Source: Malacoraja senta (lineage: Eukaryota). Taken from it: 64,000 nt of DNA. The stretch covers positions 62,001 to 126,000 of the forward strand of contig JAXLNO010000305.1 of the NCBI GenBank assembly GCA_038087875.1. The letters are read 5' to 3'. The translations under genes and the position numbers were made by a program. The notes below the pieces were generated by a model that saw only the letters and a program-made list of their open reading frames with translations, was not told the origin of the DNA and ran no database searches. Shown here piece after piece: positions 26,521 to 37,300 of this stretch. Within the stretch, counting starts at the first letter, position 1, and each line of letters begins with the position of its first letter.

Positions 26521-27860
26521 AGCGGACTTTTTTCTTGTATGTTACATATTGTGGGTGAAATAATTCTGACAAATTAATATTCCCATGGTGACTTAGAGAA
26601 AAGATCCAAGTTTATTTACATCCAATCTGTTCAAGTTTTAGATTGTGTACACAATATATATGTCTATTCCCTTCTGCAGAGTACTGCAGCACCACATAGA
26701 TCAACTCTTGCCCACCTTTCACCACAACATCCCTTTGCCAGTTGTCAAATCAATTTCCTTGGATAGAAATTCTTGTTCCCTTGTATTCCATTGTTTGATG
26801 GTTCCTGGGAACCAGATCAGAGTTTGTTGATGAATTTAGTATGCTCGCTGTTCATGCAAGTTTTCCAATTTCTATGGAATTGTCACAAGTTGCTGTTCAC
26901 CTTGATGTTTTCATATCCCCACTCTAGAGTGACTTTGAAACATTAGTTAAAACAAACGGATAGGAGAATGGATAGTATAGCTTCTATGTGCTAAATGCAT
27001 GCTTAAACTATAAAGGTATCTCAACTTAAGTGGCAAATAGTCCTGTGATTTCCGACTTCATATTTGCATTTCACAGAAAAAGTTAATCCATTGCTCTATT
27101 GTTTTCCAATCAACACATACTTTTAAATCCTCAAAACCCTTTTTTTTCCCAACCCAATTTGCAAGTTGCTATTTTCAGCCAGTACCTTGCAAATTGGAAT
27201 GTGAAATGTGAAAGTAACTAAGCCATTAACATCACTTAAACTGATAGTTAGGATGGGCCTTATCTGGGAATTGGAGAAGGGATGGTGATCCAGGGAAGTA
27301 CTTGCAATGAGTTGTCCATAGATAGTGAATAAATGAAGAATGTAATAGATTTTCATTTTTTTGCTGAGAACCTGGTGACGGTCAGCGGCATTCTGTAATA
27401 TGGGCATATTTCCACTAACTTCCTGTCCCAGCTGTTGGGAAAATCTATCCCATCTTTCTGGAAAAACTTTTCACATGTACAGTATTCTGAAAATATCACT
27501 ATGAAAAATGTATTGCAGTTGTAAAAATATTGAAATTGCAAGCAACCTATACCAATAAAACTGAATTTGGAGAAATGCAAAGAAAGTCATTATAGATAAA
27601 CATTGTTACACTTATTCAACATATGGTACACATGACAACTCAAATCTTCATTCCAGAGCAGTAAGACCCATCAGCTTAATGTACACAAAAAACACAATTA
27701 CGTTTAAAGTGATAACATCATGCTCTGCTTGGATAGAATTCCATGTAAATTAATCACTCGGGTTGATCATTTGTTGCTTTATTATGAGTCAAGTGTGAGT
27801 AGATAGCCACTAGATGATTATTCTAGCTTCAGGTGCACAATGGCAAATTCTTAATGATAA

Positions 27861-28225
27861 TCAAATCTCTCCTTCTTGCTCCTCTTCATCCCAGCCACAT
27901 GACTCAATTTGTCCATCCTGAGGAAAGTCAACTTCCAGATCATAAACAAATTCTGGGTCATTGGGCTTTCTCCTATTCTTTTCAAACAATTCATCCATTA
28001 TTTTTTTCTTTTTTGCCAATTCATTGTCATCAAGTTTATTGAGATCTTCCTCTGGGTTAATGGGGTTTGTCCTCACAAATGCCTCCAAACTATTTTCAAG
28101 GCTTAGCCCATTCAGGCAGTCCTTCAGAAGCTGGTACAATTTCTGCAGTTGCTGTTGTGACACTCCATCGAGGTATAGCTGATGTCGAGGGTTATTCTTA
28201 ATCTCTTCTGCAGCTCGGCTGCAAT
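27861..28225 (-). CDS. CEP19: Centrosomal protein of 19 kDa, last coding exon ([15 protein letters not shown]...[28 protein letters not shown]...[11 protein letters not shown]...SCGWD...*)
   Basis: CEP19 hallmark motifs. AG acceptor at 28226-28227. Phase 1 fits the upstream exon (total CDS 495 nt, 164 aa). Confidence 0.95.
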
Positions 28226-29545
28226 CTATTGTGGAAATATTTTCAAAAGAAAAACTATATTAGATGCAATATTAATGTATTCACCTTCCATCAGATTCCC
28301 TTTTGAACTTTTTCTTGACTCAAATAAGAGTTTAAACTTATGCATCAAGGAAGAAAATCAGAGGTTATCCATTAGGCTTAAGGATAATGGAATATCAGTG
28401 TAGAGCCTACGAGATTTTGACACAATTATTCAATCAGCCCTATTGTGCTACAGCTTTTGACCTATACTCGTATCTAAAGCGGCTCACTGCTAGAAGAATA
28501 GACATAAAAAGGAGGATTAACATGCTAATATACCAGGGCTGGTGCAACCAGCTTCAATAATCATGCAAAAGGGTCAACTCTTTCAAAGGTGACAATAGGC
28601 CAAACAGCTCCTTTTGTGCCATTTCATTTTAGATTTCAGAAAAATCTGCTTCTATAGATCAATTACTTTTTCCTATCAGTCTTTCCTATAAATTACTCCA
28701 GGGCACGCATCAAATCTTTTGACAAGGCATTTTTCACACAGTTTCATATTCCATCTACCAAGTTAAATAGGCAAAGCACACTGATCTCTGCCCTAATCCC
28801 TAATGTGTTCTGCTTACAAAGCTCTTTTACTCTGGTTACCAGTATTCATTATTACCTCAGTTTAAAAAAAAAGTTCATTTCTTCGGTACAACAAGGAAAC
28901 AGAAGAGATCATCTTATTTGTTGGCTGCAGATCATCATCATCCTTGCACCAATAAATTACACTTCATTTAAACAAATACTTTATGTTGTTACGTTCATTC
29001 CTTATACCTTACATTGCCATAACTTACTCCTATAACTACCTACACAAGTGGAAAATGTGTAATTAACACTAGGTTAAATGTTTATTTTAATCACGGTATC
29101 CTCTCCAAGTTTGATTGTAAAATCTTTTTTTAAATCATCCAACAATATGTAGGTGGAGTAGGATTTTTTTTCACTTATGGTGCAGGAGCCTAGGAGTATT
29201 GGCAGAGCAAAGTGAAAGGCCAGTAAGAAAGCTTGTAATACACTTGGATTTGTAGGCAGGAGCAATCAATACAAAATTAATGTGTTAACTATTGGCTCGG
29301 AGTGATATGAGCCAGGTGCAAGCAAATGCAATATGCCTTGGATAGGGCATCTTGATCAACATGGACGAGTTGGGCCAAATGGAGCATTTCAGTGCTGTAT
29401 GACTTACATACACGATACTCCACAAAAATCTGCAGAACCACCTAATAATCATTTGAATCTCTCCACTCTTTCTATGATCAGCATTCACCAGGCTTGTACA
29501 GTATTGAATGGGCCAGTTGTTATTAAACACAAATTAAATCCTCAC

Positions 29546-29675
29546 CTGAAAATCTGGAAAAGTTTCGAATAGGTATGAGTCTTTGTCGAGTCTTCTTAGT
29601 ATTTTCATCTTCATAGATTAAAACAATGGTGGGTGGTTTAAATTTAACACCACATTTCCTTGGTATATAGGTCAT
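29546..29675 (-). CDS. CEP19: CEP19 first coding exon ([43 protein letters not shown])
   Basis: Matches the CEP19 N-terminus pattern KCGxxFxPPxIxLIYE...RQRxxPxRNFS. GTGAG donor. An acceptor 10 nt upstream of the ATG implies a further 5' UTR exon. Confidence 0.95.
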
Positions 29676-30868
29676 CTTGTTTCAGCTGCAAGACTAAAAT
29701 TGTAGTCAATTCATCAGCAAGATGTGGGAATTAATGATATGACAATCAGTAATTCTCTGCATGTCTCTAGCTATCTTCAGAATCATTTTCCACATTTTAA
29801 AAGGATTGTTGATAATCCACGAGAAATCCTATTTGGGGGGAAAAAACGTAAATTAAAATAATAGTGTCTTGCAAAATTTTAGAATACAGGTAGGTGTTGG
29901 TTGCAGTATTGAATATGCAGATATTACACCTCAAATGACCTGCTTCAGTTTATTCAATGTGACCACATTGACGCTATGGCTAAGAAAACGCATAAACATT
30001 TTTATTTTCTGTTACTTAGGAATTGTCGTTATCCATTTTCATAAAAATTCTTAACATTTTAACACAATCTCTGTTTTTTGTATGTTCCTTGATTGATACT
30101 TGCTCCACTAGGCAAGCTCATTTTCCAGAATCAGGTCCATCAATGCCACTTTTTTTTTTTTTAAATCGAGCCAGAAATGTGCTGCTTCCCTCCTTTTCCT
30201 TGCTTCTTTCCTTTGGATCTTGGAATATTTAGAATGCAATCCTCCCCATTTTCAGCCAGGTCTCCGTTCATGCCATGGGCAAGTGGGCTGAGGAATGTCT
30301 AATGATGTTGAATGCAGATAAGTGCGAGCCGTTGCATTTTGTAAAGTCAAACTAGCACAGGACCTTCACGGTGAATGTTAGGGCCCTGGGGAGTGTTGAA
30401 GAGATAGGGATTTGGAAGTAAAGGTACATAGTTCCCTGAGAGTGGCATCACACTCGGGTGGTCACGAAAGCTTTCAGTACATTGACCTTCATCAGTCAGG
30501 GTACTGAGTAGAGAAGTTGGGACATTATGCTACAGTTGTATGAGACATGTGTGAGGTCGCATTTAGAATAATACTAGACTAAGTGGGACCCGTTGGGTCC
30601 CATGTTCACACGGGAGGGCTGGTCCCCCAACACAATATTCCACCTCTTCACCAATTCCAATATTGGTGGCCAGTGGGGGGGGGGGGAGCTTTCTGGAGCA
30701 CTAGTATGGGTGTTGTGGGCTGAAGGGACTGGTTTCCAGAGGGCTAGTATGGACATTGTGGGCCAAATGGATTCTTGGGGTGGCAGCTCAGTCACTCAAG
30801 CCTGATGTGCTGGCAGCTCACTCACGGCTGGTGGGCTGGCAGTTGACTCACGGCTATTCCTTGCAATT

Positions 30869-31270
30869 CCATTTCAAGCAGGGTGCAAGGCCACCAAATT
30901 CAAGTGCAGTTTCCGACCACTTCAAGCAGGATGCAAGGCCACCGAATTCAAGTGCAGTTTCATACCACTTCAAGCTGGGTGCAAGGCCAACGAATTCAAG
31001 TGCAGTTTCATACCACTTCAAGCAGGGTGCAAGGCCACCAAATTCAAGTGCAGTTTCATACCATTTCAAGCAGGGTGCAGGGCCACCAAATTCAAATGTA
31101 GTTTCATACCATTTCATGCAGGGTGCAATGCCACCAAATTTGAATGCAGTTTCATACCATTTCATGCAGGGTGCAAGGCCACCAAATTAAAATTCAGTTT
31201 CATACCATTTCATGCAGGGTGCAAGGCCACCACATTCAAATGCAGTTTCATACCATTTCAAGCAGGGTGA
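30869..31270. repeat. 48-bp minisatellite, about 8 units, in the Helitron
   Basis: Unit ccatttcaagcagggtgcaaggccaccaaattcaagtgcagtttcata. Confidence 0.93.
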
Positions 31271-31659
31271 AACCAACATAAAACCACACAAAACACCACA
31301 CTCACAGTTCAGTAGACATTGTGTGTTCATTTGATTCACAGCTCAGACAGAGTCATGACCTCTCCCTCCCCCATCTTGCAGAGACTGAGCCACACCCACA
31401 CTTCTGGGTTTTATAATCCCTCCCCCCGGAAAGGGCGTGGCCTTCATGGTGTGATTGACAGGCGAGAGATGCTCAATATTTTTAAAACACTAATAACTCT
31501 TTTATATTTCATTGATGGGAAGAATCCTCTGCACCTGATGAGCGGAGGGGGACTGAGTAAGATGGCCAAAAATCACAGCCGTAAGTGGTAGCGTTTTATC
31601 TAAAATCAATATACAGTGCAAACAGGAAGTTGTCAAGTTTAGACTTTTAATCACTTGCC

Positions 31660-31910
31660 ATTTCAAACCAACCACCACCAACCATTTGCTGTGCTTTATT
31701 TCAAACCAACCACCACCACCAACCATTTGCTGTGCCTAATTTCAAACCAACCACCGCCACCAACCATTTGCTGTGCCTAATTTCAAACCAACCACCACCA
31801 ACCATTTGCTGTGCCTAATTTCAAACTAACCACCACCACCAACCATTTGCTGTGCCTAATTTCAAACCAACCACCACCACCAACCATTTGCTGTACCTAC
31901 AAACCAACCA
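31660..31910. repeat. ~38-41-bp minisatellite, about 6 units, in the Helitron
   Basis: Unit atttcaaaccaaccaccaccaccaaccatttgctgtgccta. Confidence 0.9.
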
Positions 31911-32597
31911 CATTTTCATTTTCAAACCACATTAAGGGCACTCAATGTCAGTAAAACCACACTCACAGTTTAGTAGACATATGTTCAGTGTTATTCACAG
32001 CTCAGACTGAGAGACGTGACCCTCTCGCTCCCCCATCTTGCAGAGACTGACTGAGGCACTCAACAACCCTCTGGAAGGGGCGTGGCCTTCAGGAGAGAGA
32101 ATCTCAACATTTTTTAAACACTAATAACTTTTATTTTTCATCGATGGGAAAAATCCTCTTGTCCTGCACAGTGGAGGGGGACGGAGTAAGATGGCCAAAA
32201 TTCACGGCCGTAAGTGGCAGCGTTTTTTCTAAAATCAATATACAGAACAGGAGGTGGCCAAGATCAGACTTTTAGTAGTATAGATGTTCAGTTTTAGTCA
32301 CCTTGCTATAGGAAGGATATCATTAAGCTGGAAAGTGTGCAGAGAATATTTACGAGGATACTGCCAGGACCCAAGGGACTGAGCTACATGGAAACATTAG
32401 GCAGGCTTGGACGTTATTCCTTGGAGCATAGGAGGCTGATGGTGATCTTTTGGAACTATAAAATCATGAGGGGACATGATAGGGTAAATGCACAGAGTCT
32501 TTTACTCAGGGCAAGGGAATCGAGAACTAGAGGACATAGGTGAGAGGGGCAAGACTTAATAACTACTTGGAGAGGCAATTTTTTCCACACAGTCATC

Positions 32598-33400
32598 GGG
32601 TGGCGCCGCACGTGGCAACTTCGCCAGCAGTTTGTCCGTCTTCGCCCTTTTTGTTATTTTTAATCTGTCTTAGTCTGTTTTTGGAGGTTTCTTAGTCTTT
32701 AATGTGGGGGGGGGGGGAAGAGGGGAACCTGTTTCCCAGTCACATCCTGGGTCGAGGATGCATCTTTTCTCCAAGTCACATCTTCGCCTCCCCCCCCCCT
32801 TGCGGTCTACCAACTGGATTGGCGCGGCTTTTCCTGCCGGAGACCAGCCAGAGCTTCAGCAGTGGCGCAGCACTGAATTCCATCGCGGAGCAGGCGATGC
32901 CTTACCGGGGATCGCCGTGTTGAAGCTCATGAGTGTTGGGCCTGCTGATTAACACCGTGGAGCTGTGGTTTGCTGATTCTAACATCGCGGAGGTCTGGGA
33001 CCCCTTGCCGGGGTGTCGTCAGTGTTGGAGCTCCGCCCAGCTCGGCCTGTGGACTTCGGGAGCTGCGGTCTCCGGTAGGACGTGGCCGATTTGGAAACTC
33101 CAAGCCGCTGAGAGCGCTCTGACGTCGGAGCTCCGATCATCCCGGCGAGTGGGCCTGAACATCGGGCCGCTGTAGCGGCGACTGCGGAAGGCTCAAAGGC
33201 CCCGACCATGGGTGAACAAAGAGGAAGATGACTGAACTGTATTGCCTTCCCTCACAGTGGGAAATGTTGATTCCGCTGTGTGGGGATGATGTTTATGTTA
33301 AACTCTATCGTGTATTATGTTCTTTTTATTCGTATGGCGGTTTGGTAACTCAAAACTCAGTGTACCAATTGGTGCATGTGACAATAAATGGAACTTGAAC
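32598..33400 (+). mobile_element. Second copy of the GC-rich non-autonomous retroposon
   Basis: Shared blocks gccagcag.tgt..gtcc, cctacc....ttcctgcc, ccgaccatgggtgaacaa.gaggaag, ccttccctcacagtggg, ccaattggtg..tgtgacaataaa. Confidence 0.75.
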
Positions 33401-34350
33401 GAGCTGCCAGAAGAGGTAGTTGATGCAGGTACTAGAACAGCTTTTAAAAGATATTTGGGACTGGTACATGGATAAGAAAAGTTACGAGGGGTATGGGGCA
33501 AATGCAGTCAAATGGGACTAGCTTAGATGGGGCATCTTGACAAGTTGAGCTGAAGGGCCTGTTTCCGTGCTCTATGATTCCAACTGCAAATCATTGGCCA
33601 TGTTTAATTTGCTCCTTGCATTTACTTATATGCACACTAATCTTAAATGTTGTTCTCATAGTGTGTGCTTATTTACATCTCTCATTTATTTCCCCCAACT
33701 TCCTTTCCCCTCAGCATAAATAAATGTTTCCATAAGCACAGTCGGTCCGCTCTATCATGGTTTCAATATCCCAGGAATCTGAAGTCCTCCCTTCCACATC
33801 ATCTGTCCTACCATGCTTATCTATCCTCCCATTTCTATACCCAATGACAGAATAAACCTGGGAATACCACATTTGCAAGTCCAACTTCTGAATCTCTTTC
33901 CAATTTCTTAAAATCTGCTTTCAGGATCTCACCCTTTTTTTCTAACAAATCTATTGATACTGATATCAACCACTATCTTTGACTGCTCACTCTCCCCTTC
34001 TGGAATGTTCTGCAGCTGCTCAATTAACTCAACTTGGCATCAGGGAGGCTACTTAACATTCTGATTGCATGTTCTGCTCCACTGACTAAAGAATCCCTGT
34101 AGCTGTGGCTCTCGTAACCTTTCTCTTCCCTGTACAGCAGAGTTACTCATGCTCTATGTCCTTCAGGCCAGCTGCAATCTCCAGGGTAACCTCTCTTCCA
34201 ATAGTGTTCAAAACAAAATTTCCAGAGAATGGGTCTCCACATAAAACGTCGACAAATGTCCTTCCACAGATACTGCAGAACTGCCGAGTTCCTCCAGCAC
34301 TGGAGTCTCCAATATTTAATAATGGGATTTCCTGATCCACATGTCTGCTC

Positions 34351-37300
34351 TTTTTTTTTTTTTTTTTTCTTCTTTTTTTTTAAAAATTAAAAATAGAAAA
34401 ATGTGAGATATATAGTGTGTGAAAAAGAAAAATAAAGAATGAAATAAGAAAGTTGAGACATAGAAAATAGAAGAAAGAGAATAGATGAAAAGAAAAGAAG
34501 AAAAGAAAATAGAAGGAGATCATTTATAATCTTGACCATCCGCAGTCACGGATTAGCTTTTACACCTGTTTTGCACCATACGTTTCCAAAAAGACGACAA
34601 ATGGAGACCAACTCGTTATGAATTGGTCAAATTTATCTATTAGGAGGAATCGCATTTCCTCAAGATGTGCGGTATCCAACATACTTGCAATCCACATTTT
34701 GAGCGTTGGTATTGGTGTATTTTTCCAAAATTTCAATATTAATTTTTTTGCTATTATTAAACCATAATTAAAAATTGACTTTTGAGATGAGCTCAATTTG
34801 TTCCCGTCTTCCATTACCCCAAATATAATCAATTCATTATTGGGTTCCATTTTTGTCTTAAATAATTTTGTAAATATTTCGAAAATATCACTCCAAAATC
34901 CATGAAGTTTTATACAAGAAACAAAAGAGTGTGTTATAGTTGCTTCTTGGATTAAACATTTATCGCAAATGGGCGATATATTTGGATAAAATTTATTTAA
35001 TCTTGTTTTTGAGTAATATAATCTATGTAAAATTTTAAATTGGATTAGATTATGTCTTGCGTTAATCGAACACTTGTGAATGTATGTCAAATACTTTTCC
35101 CATGTAGCCTTCGTAATTTTTATCAATAATTCCCGTTCCCACTCTTCTCTAATTACCTCAGTCACAGGTAAATCTATATTTAAGATACTATTATATAAAT
35201 ATGCTATTAATTTTTGTGTATCAGCTTTTATATTCATTACTTCTTCTAGTAAATCAGGAGTTCTTTTTTGATATCCCTGTATGTATGTCTTCAAAAAATT
35301 ACAAATCTGAAAATATTTAAAATAATGAGTGTTTTTCAGTTTAAATTTTAATTGTAATTGTTGAAATGATAGTAAATCTCCCATTTCATACATATCCCCG
35401 ATCCTTTTAATTCCTAAACTTTCCCATTGATTATATATTTTATCCATCATAGATGGTTTAAATAAAGGATTATTCGCTATCGGTGTTAACAATGATAGGT
35501 TTCTTAATTTTAAGGCTAGTTTTATTTGTTTCCATATTCTTATTGTATCTTGTATAATTGGGTTTTTCTTATATATTGTATTGTTCATTTTTTTCGGGGA
35601 GAAGAGGATTGTTCCTATATTACAAGGATAACAATCATCTTTCTCCATTTTTATCCATTCTGTTTGTTGAGTTGAACTATCCAACCAGTAAATTATATTC
35701 TTAATATGTATTGCCCAATAGTAATACAAAAAATTAGGGAGTGAAAGTCCCCCGACATCTTTTGGTTTACATAAGTGTTCTTTTTTAATTCTATGTGATT
35801 TGTAATCCCAAACAAAATTAGTAATATTAGCATTCAGTTTAGAGAAGAAATATTTTGGTACATATACTGGTATAGATTGAAATAAGTATAATAACTGTGG
35901 TAAGAAGCTCATTTTAATAGCATTTATTCTGCCTATTAATGATAAAGGGAGTGTTTTCCAAAATTTTATCATTATATTAAGTTTATTTATTAAGGGTATA
36001 AAATTAGCGTTGAATAAAGCTTTATGTTTTCTAGTAATCTGTATACCCAGATATTTGAATTTTTCTGTTGCTATTTTAAAGGGAAATTTCAATAAGTGTG
36101 TGGATTCTTGAGGTTTTAACGTCATAATTTCACTTTTGTTCCAATTTATTCTATATCCTGAAAAGGACCCAAATTCCTCTATTAAATTTAATAAATTTGG
36201 TATACTCGTTTGTGAATTTGTTATATATAACAAAATATCGTCTGCATACAATGAAATTTTATTATTTGAGTCCCTAGTATTATAACCCTGAATATTCAGA
36301 TGGCTTCTTATACTTTCAGCCAGAGGTTCTATCATAAGGGCAAATAGCAGGGGTGATAAAGCACATCCCTGCCTATTACCCCTTGATAATTGAAATTTTT
36401 GAGATAACATGCTGTTAGTTAATATTCTTGCCATCGGTTTATCATATAATAATTTCACCCATGCAATAAAATTCTCTCCCATATTAAATTTTTGTAATAC
36501 TATGTATAAATACTGCCATTCTACCTGATCAAATGCTTTCTCTGCGTCCAAAGAAATAATTGCTAAGTCTTTTTCTTCCTTTTTATGTGAGTACATTATA
36601 TTAAACAGGCGTCTCAAATTATTAAATGAATATCTTTTGGGTATAAACCCCGTTTGATCAGGGTTTATCAATTTACTAATATATTTGCTTAGTCTTCTAG
36701 CTAAGGTCTTTGCTAGAATTTTCTGGTCGGTATTTAGAAGTGATATAGCTCTATATGAACCCGGTTCCTCTAGATCTTTATCTTTCTTTGGAATAAGCGT
36801 AATAGTTGATTCTGCTAATGTTTCAGGTAATTTATTTTCTTTAAAAACGTGAGTATATAAATTAAATAGATAGGGGGTCGTTATCTCATGAAATTTTTTA
36901 TAAAATTCATTACTAAAACCATCTGGTCCCGGTGTCTTACCATTTTTCAGCAATTTTATTGTTTCACCTATTTCTTCGATTGTAATTTGCGCTCCTAGTT
37001 CTTCTTGTTCCAAAAGGTCAAGTTTTGGTAGATTACATTTATCTAAAAAGTTTGTAATTTTACTATCTTCTGTTTTGGTTTTTGATGTGTATAAATTCTG
37101 ATAAAATTGAACAAATCTTTTATTGATATCTTTAGGTAGTATTAGTAATTCACCATTCTCAGATTTAATTTTATTTATAGTATTTTCCTTTTCCTGTTTT
37201 TTCAATTGACGCGCCAACAGCTTATGTGGTTTGTCACCAAACTCAAAATGTTCCTGTTTTGTAATTTGGAATAATCTTATTACTCTTGCCGAGAGAATTC

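Larger units (their letters stand above)
30574..32284 (-). mobile_element. Non-autonomous Helitron inserted in a CR1
   Basis: Minus strand 5'-TCTATACTACTAAAA...CTAG-3', between host A and T with no TSD. Subterminal hairpin tgggaccc-gtt-gggtccca (30584-30602). The CR1 resumes on both sides. Confidence 0.88.
30275..33580 (+). mobile_element. CR1 fragment split by the Helitron (30574-32284) and a GC-rich retroposon (about 32598-33400)
   Basis: CR1 RT C-terminal sequence is collinear across both insertions (e.g. ORF 32337-32543). Confidence 0.85.

Noticed and set aside
30869..31270. CRISPR-like array or repeat protein (ORFs 30756-31190, 30854-31165)
   Set aside because: Contiguous 48-bp units without unique spacers, in eukaryotic Helitron context. 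The ORFs arise because the unit length is a multiple of 3.
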